This document shows positions 9,373 through 19,447 of a DNA stretch of 64,000 bases, one piece after another. Under the pieces are notes generated by a model. The model was not told the DNA's origin. It saw only the letters and a list, made by a program, of their open reading frames with translations, and did no database searches. The stretch is from Clostridia bacterium. Lineage in GTDB: Bacteria > Bacillota > Clostridia > Peptostreptococcales > Acidaminobacteraceae. The stretch lies in the NCBI GenBank assembly GCA_018399635.1, contig JAGYOH010000015.1, positions 10,880 to 74,879 of the forward strand, given 5' to 3'. Positions within the stretch are counted from its first letter, which is position 1. Every line of letters starts with the position of its first letter. Both the position numbers and the translations under genes were made by a program.

Positions 9373-10398
9373 CTAAATGATCAACATGGCATCGCCAAAG
9401 CTGAAGAATCGGTATTTTTCCTCCACGGCCTCCTGATATGCCGCCATGATCAGGTCCCGGTCAGCAAAAGCGCTGACCAGCATGATCAGGGTCGATTCCG
9501 GCAAATGGAAGTTGGTGATGAGGCCATCCACGATCTTGAAGGTGTAGCCGGGATAAATGAAGATATCCGTCGAGCCTGAGCAGGCCTCCAATACCCCGTG
9601 CCGGGTCATGATGGATTCCAGGGTCCTCGTGGAGGTGGTGCCCACGGCAAAGACCCTGCCGCCCCCTTCCCGGGCCTTTTGGATAATCCCGGCATTCTTT
9701 TCATCGATGGCATAAAATTCCTCGTGCATCTCATGGTCGGTGATGTTCTCCGCCTTCACCGGTCTGAAGGTTCCCAGGCCCACATGGAGGGTCACCCGAG
9801 CGATCCTGACCCCCTTTTTCTCCAGGGCCCCGAGGATTTCCTGCGTGAAATGCAGACCGGCGGTGGGGGCCGCCGCTGAACCCACGGCACTGGCATACAC
9901 CGTCTGATAGCGGTCCTTTTCCTCGAGTTTCTCCTTGATATAGGGAGGAAGGGGCATTTCACCGATTTCATCCAGGAGGGTCATGAAATCCCTCTTGGCG
10001 TCAAATCGGACCTTTCTGAGTCCACCGGGGAGAATCTCGAGGATGCTTGCCGAAAGTTCTCCGTCGGCAAAGGTGAAGGTCTCCCCGGGTCGGGCCTTTT
10101 TCCCGGGCTTGACCATGCAGGCGTAGGTATCGGGCTCCGCCGCCGCACTGAGTATCAAGAATTCCACCCTGGCTCCGGTGGCCCTGGTCCCGAAAATCCT
10201 TCCGGGGATGACCTTGGTGTCATTGATGACCAGGACATCCCCCTCCCTCAAATAGCTGACGATGTCCTTGAAGCCTTGATGGGCGATGGTCCCGGCCCCC
10301 CGGTCCACCACCAGGAGCCGGGATTCCGACCGGTTCCTGATGGGAAACTGAGCAATCAGCTCCTGGGGCAATTCGTAATAAAAGTCACTGGTTTTCAT
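9373..10398 (-). CDS. queA: S-adenosylmethionine:tRNA ribosyltransferase-isomerase
   Basis: 341 aa. MKTSDFYYELPQELIAQFP..., AAPTAGLHFT, VGTTSTRTLE. Confidence 0.97.
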   Translation of the reverse strand: MKTSDFYYELPQELIAQFPIRNRSESRLLVVDRGAGTIAHQGFKDIVSYLREGDVLVINDTKVIPGRIFGTRATGARVEFLILSAAAEPDTYACMVKPGKKARPGETFTFADGELSASILEILPGGLRKVRFDAKRDFMTLLDEIGEMPLPPYIKEKLEEKDRYQTVYASAVGSAAAPTAGLHFTQEILGALEKKGVRIARVTLHVGLGTFRPVKAENITDHEMHEEFYAIDEKNAGIIQKAREGGGRVFAVGTTSTRTLESIMTRHGVLEACSGSTDIFIYPGYTFKIVDGLITNFHLPESTLIMLVSAFADRDLIMAAYQEAVEEKYRFFSFGDAMLII

Positions 10399-10401
10399 GC
10401 T

Positions 10402-11838
10402 TTATTCCCTCACCTCGACTCCTGGATAATAAAAAGCAATGATCTGACGATAATCATATCCCAGATCGGCCATTTCCCTGGCCCCGTACTGACTCATTCC
10501 CACGCCGTGTCCCCAGCCCCTGCCGCTGATGGCGAGTCCTCCCTCGCCGCAATCAAGCATCCGGGAATAGCCCTCCCCCAGGACTCTCCAGTCCTTTGAG
10601 ACCCTGGTCAGGACACCCTCGCCGTTGATGGCCGAAATCTCCTCCGGCAGGCTCCTCACTTCACCGCCCGCCAGCAGCAGGTCCAGGGGGTCGGAGAAGC
10701 TGACCCGATAGTAGGTGGATTTGAGAATGTTGTAACCGAAAAATCTTCGGGCTTCTTCCCTGACCAGAGTGATGGCTTCACGATCCGTCGTGATGGTGAG
10801 GGATTGCACCCGGCCGTCGGTGGTGATTGCTCCAGTGTCCACGTCGAGGACAGCCTCCGCCTGATAGCCCCTTTCCCGAATCAGATCCAGAAGCTCCTCC
10901 CCGGTGAAATCAATCTGCCAGTCGCTGTAAACGGCCTCCTGTGAAAAGGGGTCCTCGCGACTCACGAGGTAGGGATATGACCCTCCCCAGACATTTTTGA
11001 CATCGGCGGTGATGCCGCCGCTGTTGGCATGATAGTAGGCGTAGATCGGCTCCCCTTCATAATAGGCCCTTTCCCCCGCCGTATCCTCCACCGCCGCCGA
11101 GGTGGCGGCCCTTTCTGCCGTGAAGCCGCCGTAGGCCTGGCAGTTGGCGGTCCCGCAGATATCAAAACCGTAGGCTTCATACTGTCCCATATGCCGGGTC
11201 AGATAGGTTCTGGCCAGTACCGCCTGGGCCTTCAGGGCCTCCCGGGGCCAGGTGTAGCCCATCTCCTTGGGCACCACGCCATACAGGTATTCCCTTTGAG
11301 TGAGCTCATTGATGACGCTGAGACTGCCTTCGTGGGATGAAAATCCCACAGCCCCCCGGTACCTGAGACCGTCAAAATAGAAGGAAGTGCTCTGGTTCCT
11401 GAGGAGGACCGACTCTGACAGAATAAGTATCCTGCCGAAATCTCCGGTGAGCTCCACCTTGAAATCCCCCGGGTCAAGGCCGCCCGCCTGGGTTTCAGAA
11501 AGTATGGCATAGTCGCCGTCAAAGCCCAGAAAAGCATCGGGAGTCCTCCCCTGAATCAGTTTCAGGGTCCTCAAGGCTTCTTCCTCCTGGCTGATATCCG
11601 CCACCAGGACCCGTGCCTTTCCCTCATAGAGGCTGTAGCCCACCTCGTTGACCCCGAGACTCAAGGACCTGCCCTCCGCCGAGAGGTAAAGGTCCTTGCC
11701 GAAAATACTCCCCTGATTGTAGGCGGGATTGCCGTAACTCAGGCCCACGGTGATCAGGGTGTCGTCCCCCTGGGCATGGACCGGGGCGGCAAAGACCAGC
11801 AGCAGCCAAAAAATGAGGCCGAATCGTATTTTAATCAT
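10402..11838 (-). CDS. SpoIID/LytB-domain protein (secreted)
   Basis: Signal peptide MIKIRFGLIFWLLLVFAAPVHA. SpoIID-type core ...CGTANCQAYGG...YHANSGGITADVKNVWG...GHGVGMSQYGA. Confidence 0.85.
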   Translation of the reverse strand: MIKIRFGLIFWLLLVFAAPVHAQGDDTLITVGLSYGNPAYNQGSIFGKDLYLSAEGRSLSLGVNEVGYSLYEGKARVLVADISQEEEALRTLKLIQGRTPDAFLGFDGDYAILSETQAGGLDPGDFKVELTGDFGRILILSESVLLRNQSTSFYFDGLRYRGAVGFSSHEGSLSVINELTQREYLYGVVPKEMGYTWPREALKAQAVLARTYLTRHMGQYEAYGFDICGTANCQAYGGFTAERAATSAAVEDTAGERAYYEGEPIYAYYHANSGGITADVKNVWGGSYPYLVSREDPFSQEAVYSDWQIDFTGEELLDLIRERGYQAEAVLDVDTGAITTDGRVQSLTITTDREAITLVREEARRFFGYNILKSTYYRVSFSDPLDLLLAGGEVRSLPEEISAINGEGVLTRVSKDWRVLGEGYSRMLDCGEGGLAISGRGWGHGVGMSQYGAREMADLGYDYRQIIAFYYPGVEVRE

Positions 11839-12867
11839 CTATTCCTCCAACCCGTCGAAGAGACTTGTTGCCACATAGGCCTTCCCCAGATGCTCATAGC
11901 CTCTTTGGGTGACCTGCCGCCCTCTGGGGGTCCGATTGAGAAATCCGATCTGAAGCAGGTAGGGTTCGTAGACGTCCTCGATGGTCACCCTTTCCTCTCC
12001 GGAGGAGGCCGCCAGGGCATCAAGACCCACCGGCCCGCCACCGTAGTTTTCGATGATGGTCCTCAGCAGTTTGCGGTCCACGGGGTCAAGGCCCAGGGCA
12101 TCTATTTCCAGCATTCCCAGGGCTTTTCTAGCCGATTCCAGGGTGATTTCTCCTTCACCAAAAACCTGGGCGTAGTCCCTCACCCGTTTCAGTATGCGAT
12201 TGACGATTCTCGGCGTCCCTCTGGAGCGTTTGGCGATCTCCTCGGCGGCGCTTTCGTGGATTTTGACCTTGAGAATGTCACTGGAGCGATGCAGGATCTC
12301 CTCCAGGGATTTCGCATCATAGAGCTCCAGCTTCAAGAGGACGCCGAACCGGTCCCTCAGGGGCGAGCTGAGACTTCCCGCCCGGGTGGTCGCTCCGATC
12401 AGGGTGAACTGGGGCAGGTCCAGACGGACGCTCCTCGCCCCGGGACCCTTGCCCACGATGATGTCGATGGCATAGTCCTCCATGGCGGGATAGAGGATCT
12501 CCTCCACGGCCCGGTTGAGGCGGTGAATCTCGTCTATAAAGAGAATGTCCTTTTCCTTGAGATTGGTCAGAATGGCGGCGAGATCTCCGGGGCGCTCGAT
12601 GGCCGGCCCCGAGGTGATCTTGATGCTCACCCCCATCTCATTGGCGATGATGTGGGAGAGGGTGGTTTTTCCCAGACCCGGAGGCCCGTAGAGCAGGACA
12701 TGGTCCAGGGGCTCTTCCCTCATGTTGGCGGCTTCAATAAAGATCTTCAGCTGGTCCACGCACTTTTCCTGTCCGATGTACTCCTGGAAAGAGCGGGGCC
12801 GCAGGCTTTTTTCAATGGTGCCCTCCTGGTCCTTGAAATCCGGTGTGACGATGCGATTCATCTGCAC
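11839..12867 (-). CDS. ruvB: Holliday junction branch-migration helicase RuvB
   Basis: 342 aa. Walker [16 protein letters not shown], and a typical RuvB C-terminus. The start is GTG at 12867 (an ATG at 12861 is also possible). Confidence 0.97.
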   Translation of the reverse strand: MQMNRIVTPDFKDQEGTIEKSLRPRSFQEYIGQEKCVDQLKIFIEAANMREEPLDHVLLYGPPGLGKTTLSHIIANEMGVSIKITSGPAIERPGDLAAILTNLKEKDILFIDEIHRLNRAVEEILYPAMEDYAIDIIVGKGPGARSVRLDLPQFTLIGATTRAGSLSSPLRDRFGVLLKLELYDAKSLEEILHRSSDILKVKIHESAAEEIAKRSRGTPRIVNRILKRVRDYAQVFGEGEITLESARKALGMLEIDALGLDPVDRKLLRTIIENYGGGPVGLDALAASSGEERVTIEDVYEPYLLQIGFLNRTPRGRQVTQRGYEHLGKAYVATSLFDGLEE

Positions 12868-12881
12868 GGTGTGATGACCCC

Positions 12882-13499
12882 CTATCCTTTAAGCAATAAT
12901 TTGAGTCCCTCTTTGAGTATGGCATCGAATTCCATTTCACCGATATCGAGGGTCTGCAGGATCTGATTGATTTCTCTGGGGCTGTAGCCCAGGGAAGCAA
13001 AGGCCTCCTTGACCTCCTGGCGCCTGGTTCCCTGACCGCCCGCCTGGGACTGGGGCAACCCTTCCCCGCTCCCGGGAACCTCTCCCAGGGCGTAGCGCCT
13101 GGCAAATTGATCCTTGAGCTCGATGACCATCCGCTGGGCGGACTTCTTCCCCACTCCGGGGACCGTGGTCAACAACTGGTAATCCTCCGTCACTACGGCA
13201 TCGATCAAATGACTCAGACTCAAGGTGCTCAGCACCTTGAGGGCGGACTTGATGCCCACTCCGGAGACGGTTTTGAGGAGTTCGAAAATCTCGAGTTCAA
13301 GAGGGGTGGAAAAACCGATGAGGATCAATTCCTCCTCGCGGAGGATCATTTTGGTGAAGACCTTCACCTCGGAGCCCACCTCCAGCTCCTCCAGGGTCAG
13401 AAGAGAAGTCAGTATTTCATAACCGATGCCGCCGTTTTCAACGGTGATGGCCCCCTCGATGTCTTTACTTACCAGCAGCCCTTTCAGATAACGATACAT
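12882..13499 (-). CDS. ruvA: Holliday junction DNA helicase RuvA
   Basis: 205 aa. MYRYLKGLL..., two HhH motifs ([31 protein letters not shown]). Confidence 0.95.
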   Translation of the reverse strand: MYRYLKGLLVSKDIEGAITVENGGIGYEILTSLLTLEELEVGSEVKVFTKMILREEELILIGFSTPLELEIFELLKTVSGVGIKSALKVLSTLSLSHLIDAVVTEDYQLLTTVPGVGKKSAQRMVIELKDQFARRYALGEVPGSGEGLPQSQAGGQGTRRQEVKEAFASLGYSPREINQILQTLDIGEMEFDAILKEGLKLLLKG

Positions 13500-13783
13500 G
13501 GCAACACAACCTTGTCCATAGGATGATGTTTCTTGAAAAACCCAGGGCGGTCCGCCTCCCCCAGGTCAGATTTTGACCGGGTCACCCTCAAAAACCGATA
13601 GACCGGTGATGGGTTGAAACGTGATACGCCTTATCCAATTCTACCATACAATCCTTTAGTTTTTGAATAAAACCTCTCGCGGGTGCCAGGGATTCCTTCC
13701 AGCCTTCAAGAGGGGGCCAGTCCCCTTCCGGCCTCATTGAACCTCTCACGACTGAAGTCACGGGTGTCCTGGCAACAAAGCAT

Positions 13784-13813
13784 AAAAAAAAAGCTGATTG
13801 CTCAGCTTTTTTT
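13784..13813 (-). terminator. intrinsic terminator after nhaC (bidirectional form)
   Basis: A9-AAGCTGA-ttgc-TCAGCTT-T7: a 7-bp stem flanked by A and T runs. Confidence 0.65.
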
Positions 13814-13819
13814 CAGTCT

Positions 13820-15220
13820 TTATGCCGCTTCTTCTTTCTTGGGCTCCAGCTTGGTCATGGTAAGACCGGTGTAACCGTAGAAGATGGAAATCAGCGGATT
13901 GAGCAGATTCAGGAAGGCGTAGGGAGCATAGGCAACCGTTGCCACGCCCAGGGTGCCTGACATGAAGAGACCACAGGAGTTCCATGGCACAAGCGGCGAA
14001 GTCAGGGTTCCGGCATCCTCAAGAACACGGGAGAGGTTCTTTGGATCAAGTCCCATATCGTCATAGATGGGCTTGTACATTCTTCCCGGGATGACGATGG
14101 CCAGATACTGGTCACCGGCAATGAGGTTGAAGAGAATGACCGTCAAGACGGTTGAAAGTACGAGATTTCCTGTGTTGGTAGCGAATTTGAGAATCTGGGT
14201 GGCCAGGGCTTCCAGCATGCCGGACTTCTCCATGATGCCGCCGAAGACCATGGCGATGAGAATCAGGGAAATCGTCCACATCATGGAATCCAGTCCGCCT
14301 CGGGAAAGGAGACTGTCCAGTGCTTCAATGCCGGTTTCCGAATAGTATCCGTAATGGGCCGCGTCGATGATCGAGGACATCCCGGCACCTTGGAACATTG
14401 CAGCGAAGATTCCCCCCAGGATGACGCCGCCGATCAGGCCCGGCAAAGCGGGAACCTTGAGGACGACCATCACGATGACCAGCAGGGGCGCCACGAGGAG
14501 CAGCGGGCTGATGGTGAAGTTGGCCTGGAGTCCGCCGAGGATTTCATTGATGGCGCTCATATCCATGGTGCTGGCCGAGTAGCGGATGCCGATGATGCCG
14601 TAGAGCACCAGGGCGATGACATAACTCGGGCCGGTGGTCAGGATCATGTGACGGATGTGGTCGAAGAGATTGGAGCCGGCCACCGCAGGCGCCAGGTTCG
14701 TGGTGTCAGAAAGCGGTGACATCTTGTCGCCGAAGTAGGCGCCGGAAATGATGGCGCCTGCCACGATGGGCAGTGGAATGCCGAAACCGCCGCCGACACC
14801 GATCAGGGCGATACCGACGGTTCCTGCAGTGGTCCAGGAACTCCCGGTGGAGAGGGAGACCACGGAGGTCAGCAGCAGGGTGGCCATGAGGAAGACGCTC
14901 GGTGAAATCAGCTTCAAACCGTAGTAGATCATGGTGGGTACGACCCCTGAAAGGATCCAGGTGCCGATGATGCTGCCGATGATCATGAGAATCAGGATAG
15001 CCGCCATGGACATCTTGATGGTTTCAACGACCCCTTCTTCAAGTTCAGCCCAGGAGAATCCGAGTCCGAACATGGCAATGGCCCCTGCAAGCACTGCAGC
15101 GGAGAGAATCGGCATGTGCACGTCTGCTCCCCAGACCTGCAATCCGAAGTATAGGGCAGCGATTAAATAAAAAATAACAATAAGTGCGTGCCCCAAGGTT
15201 GCTTTTTTCTTTTCTTTCAT
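13820..15220 (-). CDS. nhaC: NhaC-family Na+/H+ (or substrate/H+) antiporter
   Basis: Polytopic protein. SGAYFGDKMSPLSDTTNLAP is characteristic of NhaC as I recall it. The ATG at 15220 (MKEKKK) follows AAAGGGGG; the track start is 15256. Confidence 0.88.
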   Translation of the reverse strand: MKEKKKATLGHALIVIFYLIAALYFGLQVWGADVHMPILSAAVLAGAIAMFGLGFSWAELEEGVVETIKMSMAAILILMIIGSIIGTWILSGVVPTMIYYGLKLISPSVFLMATLLLTSVVSLSTGSSWTTAGTVGIALIGVGGGFGIPLPIVAGAIISGAYFGDKMSPLSDTTNLAPAVAGSNLFDHIRHMILTTGPSYVIALVLYGIIGIRYSASTMDMSAINEILGGLQANFTISPLLLVAPLLVIVMVVLKVPALPGLIGGVILGGIFAAMFQGAGMSSIIDAAHYGYYSETGIEALDSLLSRGGLDSMMWTISLILIAMVFGGIMEKSGMLEALATQILKFATNTGNLVLSTVLTVILFNLIAGDQYLAIVIPGRMYKPIYDDMGLDPKNLSRVLEDAGTLTSPLVPWNSCGLFMSGTLGVATVAYAPYAFLNLLNPLISIFYGYTGLTMTKLEPKKEEAA

Positions 15221-15301
15221 AATAGTAAAACCCCCTTTGTCTAAAGAATAACCCATGGTTTCAAATTAAATCAAAATCTATCAATTTCATTTAAACCAAA
15301 A

Positions 15302-16123
15302 TTAAACACTTGTCAGATTTTCGATGAACTTCTTGATGTTGATCTTGCCTCCCCGGGAATGCCCCCCTCGTCTGGACTGCATTTCCTTCTGAATGGACTC
15401 GAAGTCGAAAAAAGAATTGGCATACTCCAAAAAAGTGGTGTTGAGATTGTCCTCGATGCCGATGGCCACAAGATTGGTGAATCCCTTGGTGATGGCCCTT
15501 CGGATTCTCTGCTCGAAATTGACCGGATCCCCACTGACGGTTTCCATCAGCTCCCTGAGGGAATAATCGTGGATGGGAATCTGATGGGTCTTGAGATGGC
15601 CGGCCAGGACAAGAATCTCCTGGGCCCCCTTTTCTCCCCAGATTCCCAGGTCCTTGAGCACCCTCACCGCTTTTTCTTCATAGGACATCTGAATGCCGGG
15701 GGTTGCCCCCATCACCCCTTCGAAAACCTCCGAGAGGACCTTGAATTTGTGTTTGAGTTCAATCAATTCCCCCAGGGTTTTGATCACGGCGGTGATTTCA
15801 ATCCGGTTGATGGGTTTGGTGACAAAAATTCTCACCCCGGCATCGTAGGCCTTGGCGATCATTTCCTTGTTGGAGACCTGGGAAACCATGATGACTTCAA
15901 TCTGGGGCGCCTTGGCCTTGATTTCCCTCACCAGGGCGATGCCGTCAACCCCTTCCATCAACAAGTCGACAATGATCAGGTCCAGATCAAAAAAACCGTA
16001 TTCCATCAGGCTTTTGACGGGATCCTGACTGGTGGTCACCACATTTCCCAGACCCTCTTTTTCGATGATCTGACTCAATTGCTTGGTGATGGTCTTGTCA
16101 TCATCCAGGATATAGATTTTCAC
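15302..16123 (-). CDS. response regulator (REC domain plus a GlnL/YcbB-like C-terminal domain; the latter assignment is tentative)
   Basis: MKIYILDDD...DLIIVDLLMEGVDGIAL...VTKP is a REC domain. The roughly 150-aa C-terminal domain is not an OmpR/NarL/LytTR type that I can recognise. 4-nt overlap with the kinase gene. Confidence 0.85.
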   Translation of the reverse strand: MKIYILDDDKTITKQLSQIIEKEGLGNVVTTSQDPVKSLMEYGFFDLDLIIVDLLMEGVDGIALVREIKAKAPQIEVIMVSQVSNKEMIAKAYDAGVRIFVTKPINRIEITAVIKTLGELIELKHKFKVLSEVFEGVMGATPGIQMSYEEKAVRVLKDLGIWGEKGAQEILVLAGHLKTHQIPIHDYSLRELMETVSGDPVNFEQRIRRAITKGFTNLVAIGIEDNLNTTFLEYANSFFDFESIQKEMQSRRGGHSRGGKINIKKFIENLTSV

Positions 16124-17400
16124 TCCATCACCTCCAATTGTGACTTGGGTATGCTGATCACGAATTCCGTCTTTTGGCCGGGAGTCGAAGTCACCGAGAC
16201 CTCGCCGAAGTAGATTTTATGCGTCAATTCCCTCACAATGAAAAGGCCCAGACCCCGGTTGGACTGGCCGCTGTCCTTATTGAATTTCGTCGAATAGCCG
16301 GGTATGAAGATATCACTGAGCTCCTCCTCGGGAATTCCGGATCCGTTGTCGCAGATTTTGTAAACATAATGGGTCTTATCCAGCTCCTCCACCAGTTCCA
16401 CCCTGGCTCCGGCGTCCCGGCCCGAGTCCTTGAGGACCTCGAGGCCGTTGACCACGAGATTCCTGACAATGGTGAGGAAGTAGTAGGAATCCCTCACCAC
16501 GAAATTATTTTTGAGTTGATACCTCAACTCGATTTTCTCATAGGCCTCGACCTTGGAAAGACTCTTGAAGAGCATGCTCATCATGTCCTGGATGCGGATT
16601 TCATGAATGATCTTGTCCTTCTCCGTAATCTCCTTGATTCCCCCGTAGATACTGATGTAGTTCTTTTTGATCTCATGGATCTCCGAGGCGATTTTCAGAC
16701 TCCGGGACCTGAGCTCGGACCGGTCGATGGTCTGGGAATTTTCGTAAAGCTCATAGGCTCCCGCCATGACCGTCTCCACCTGGGACATGTTCTTATGGAT
16801 GAAGAAGAGCTCGGATTCCAGATCCGAGATGCGCATCAGCAGCTTCTGATACCGCTCGTTGTGTTCGCTTTTGAGGAGAAACATGCGGTAGCTCTCCACT
16901 AGAAGCACCATCATCAGGGCAATCAGGGTCCGGAACATCGCCACGTAGAAGAGGGTGTAGAATTTGTCGGAGATCTCCAGGATGCTGCCCTCCCCGATGC
17001 GGAAAAAGATCTCGACCAGATTGGACCCCAGGTCTCCCCCGATCACCACGAGGAGCCAGGTGGTGATGAGGTAATCCTTTTTCTTGTACAAAAGCAGATA
17101 ATATATCAAGCCATAGCTCAGATCGAAGTAGATGATATGGTAGTCCGCCAGAAGCGACTCAAGAAAGCTGTCATAGGTCCCGAGCCCCACCAGGGTCCGA
17201 AAGAGGATGCCGCTCAGACCGATGAAAAGGGCTCCCACCAGGGGATTGAGGCGGCGGTTGAAATAATACACCACCGGCAGCAGCAGCACCGCCACGGATA
17301 TTCTGAAATTGTCGCTGAAGAGATCAATGTAGATCTGGGTGGCAAAGGCATCCATGACGGCCACGAGGACGTAGGGTTTGTAACGATGAAATGCATTCAC
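16120..17400 (-). CDS. membrane sensor histidine kinase (multi-TM N-terminus, GlnK/YcbA-like)
   Basis: About 6 TM segments, then an H-box region SEIHEIKKNY, then HATPase_c motifs (DNGSGIPEE, GLGLFIVRE). The GTG start is preceded by GGGGGAAG. Confidence 0.85.
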   Translation of the reverse strand: MNAFHRYKPYVLVAVMDAFATQIYIDLFSDNFRISVAVLLLPVVYYFNRRLNPLVGALFIGLSGILFRTLVGLGTYDSFLESLLADYHIIYFDLSYGLIYYLLLYKKKDYLITTWLLVVIGGDLGSNLVEIFFRIGEGSILEISDKFYTLFYVAMFRTLIALMMVLLVESYRMFLLKSEHNERYQKLLMRISDLESELFFIHKNMSQVETVMAGAYELYENSQTIDRSELRSRSLKIASEIHEIKKNYISIYGGIKEITEKDKIIHEIRIQDMMSMLFKSLSKVEAYEKIELRYQLKNNFVVRDSYYFLTIVRNLVVNGLEVLKDSGRDAGARVELVEELDKTHYVYKICDNGSGIPEEELSDIFIPGYSTKFNKDSGQSNRGLGLFIVRELTHKIYFGEVSVTSTPGQKTEFVISIPKSQLEVME

Positions 17401-17411
17401 AGGGCTTCCCC

Positions 17412-18278
17412 CTAAATTTGATTGAAGCGATACACGCTGAAAATCACGGCCAGGCCGCTAAAAAGACTCAGGAAGCTCAGACTTTCCTTGAGGATGAGTA
17501 CCGAAAGTGACACCGCCACCACCGGCACCAGGTTGAAGTAGATGTTGGTGCGGTCCGGCCCGATTTTTTTGATGTGGACCTGCTGGATCAGGTAGCCGAA
17601 GACCGTGGGGAAAACCCCCATATAGACCACGCTGGCCACCACCACGGCCTCGAGGGTGAAAAAGCTTGCAAGGAGCCCGTAATCCACAAAGGGCAACAGC
17701 AGCACCGCCGTGACGTTGAAGACCACGGCAATGAGGTCGATGGGCTCGTATTTTCCGATAAACCCCTTGAGAATGATTGAATAACTGGCCCAGAGAAAGA
17801 CCCCCAGAATCATGAAAAGATCTCCCGGGTTGATCCCCCCCTGGAAGACCACCCGAAAATCAAAATTGACGATGATCAGGCTCACGAAAAAAATCGCACT
17901 GAAAATATAGAGGAACTTTTCCCTCCTGAGGGCGGTCTTGAGAAACAGGATGGATAGAAAATAGGTGAAAAAGGGGTTCAATGCGGCAATCAGGGAGGCA
18001 TGGATTCCCGTGGTGGTTTCAAGCGCCAGATAAAACAGCACATGGTAGCCCACCATGCCCACCACGGCCAGAATGAGGGATTCCTTCAGGAGGGTCCCGC
18101 TCAGGACGATTTTTCTACCTCTTAAGAAAAAATAGACATCGAGGACCACTGCGGCAATGAAGAACCTGAGAAAGGTCATGGTGACGGGATCGATGACATT
18201 GGCGGTCATTTTCCCGGCGATGAAGGCCCCCGCCCAGAAAAAAACCGCCAGGAGCATCAGGGGAGATATCGCCTTCAT
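17412..18278 (-). CDS. EamA/DMT-family transporter
   Basis: 288 aa, 10 TM, two EamA-like halves. Confidence 0.85.
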   Translation of the reverse strand: MKAISPLMLLAVFFWAGAFIAGKMTANVIDPVTMTFLRFFIAAVVLDVYFFLRGRKIVLSGTLLKESLILAVVGMVGYHVLFYLALETTTGIHASLIAALNPFFTYFLSILFLKTALRREKFLYIFSAIFFVSLIIVNFDFRVVFQGGINPGDLFMILGVFLWASYSIILKGFIGKYEPIDLIAVVFNVTAVLLLPFVDYGLLASFFTLEAVVVASVVYMGVFPTVFGYLIQQVHIKKIGPDRTNIYFNLVPVVAVSLSVLILKESLSFLSLFSGLAVIFSVYRFNQI

Positions 18279-19447
18279 CGACCGGCCTCGAGACCCCGGG
18301 TCAGATCATCGATCAGGTCCGCCGGATCCTCCAGACCGATGGAAAGCCGGATCATCTTCAGACTCATTCCGAATTCTTCAAGGGTATCGGCGTCATAACC
18401 GAAATGGGTCATGGCCGAGGGCATCTCCACCAGGCTTTCAATATCTCCAAGGCTTACCGCCAGTCTGAAGAGTTTCAAGGATTCCACCAGGGCCACGCTC
18501 TCTTCAAGGGACCCCTTGATCTCAAAGGTGATCATGCCGCCGGTCCCCCTCATCTGACCGGCGATGACGGGTTCAGTCAGTCCGGGGTAATGGACCTTGT
18601 CCACCCCGGGATGAGCCTTGAGGAAGCCGGCCACCGCCAGGGCATTGGCCTGATGCCTTTCCATGCGGACATGAAGAGTCTTGAGGCCTCTGAGGATCAG
18701 CCAGGCATTGAAGGGACTCAGAACACCCCCCAGCTCCGTCATGAAATTGAATTTCAACCGATGGATATAGGCCTGATCCTTCGAGACGGCAAAACCCGCC
18801 ACCACGTCCCCGTGGCCGTTGAGGTATTTCGTTCCCGAATGAAGGACCACATAGGCCCCGAGTTCCAGGGGATTCTGAAAATAGGGGGTGAGGAAGGTGT
18901 TGTCCACCACCACCCTGGCCCCGATGATTTCACCGAGAGCCGCCATCTTCCGGATATCAATGAGCTCAAGATTGGGATTCACCGGCGTTTCAAAGTAAAT
19001 GACCTTGACCCTTTCATAGGCCGCCATGTCCTCGGCTCTGAGCCGGTTCAAATCCACAAAATGGGTTTTGACGCCATACCGGGGCAGCAGTTCCTTGCCC
19101 ACGGAATAGGTGGACCCATAGAGGGTCCGGTGAAAAAGCACCTCCTCCCCCGGCTTGACCAGGGACAGGAGGACACTGCTGATGGCAGCCATTCCCGAAG
19201 CGAAGGCGACCCCGTCCCTCCCCTTTTCCAGGGCGGTGATCTTCTCTTCCAGCAACCTCAGGGTGGGGTTGTTTCCCCGGGTATAGACATAATCCCCGGA
19301 TTCAAAGCTGAAAGCCTTCTGAACCTCGTCAATGGTGTTGAAATAGAAGGTTGCGGTCTGGTGAAGGGGAGGCACCAGGGACCTGGGTTTTTTTTCGTCA
19401 TCGTGGGTCTGGGCGATCAGGGTCGCCATGCCCTTGGCCGCTTTCAT
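18275..19447 (-). CDS. Cys/Met-metabolism PLP-dependent enzyme (methionine gamma-lyase / cystathionine gamma-synthase family)
   Basis: 390 aa. YTRGNNPT, SGMAAI and the PLP-lysine context HSGTKYLNGHGDVVAG. Confidence 0.88.
   Translation of the reverse strand: MKAAKGMATLIAQTHDDEKKPRSLVPPLHQTATFYFNTIDEVQKAFSFESGDYVYTRGNNPTLRLLEEKITALEKGRDGVAFASGMAAISSVLLSLVKPGEEVLFHRTLYGSTYSVGKELLPRYGVKTHFVDLNRLRAEDMAAYERVKVIYFETPVNPNLELIDIRKMAALGEIIGARVVVDNTFLTPYFQNPLELGAYVVLHSGTKYLNGHGDVVAGFAVSKDQAYIHRLKFNFMTELGGVLSPFNAWLILRGLKTLHVRMERHQANALAVAGFLKAHPGVDKVHYPGLTEPVIAGQMRGTGGMITFEIKGSLEESVALVESLKLFRLAVSLGDIESLVEMPSAMTHFGYDADTLEEFGMSLKMIRLSIGLEDPADLIDDLTRGLEAGR

Noticed and set aside
11776-12966. 396-aa plus-strand ORF. 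The same applies to 18404-19600, 8356-9345, 22842-23666, 23961-24908, 15359-16213, 44858-45703 and 49934-50740.
   Set aside because: All are mirror-frame ORFs opposite confidently identified genes. None has an SD or recognisable domains.
13500-13680. Possible structured leader or attenuator upstream of ruvA (small hairpins GGTCA/TGACC and ACCG/CGGT with a T5 run; candidate TGgTAGAAT -10)
   Set aside because: The stems are only 4-6 bp and resemble no known element. I cannot distinguish them from chance without folding statistics or conservation data.
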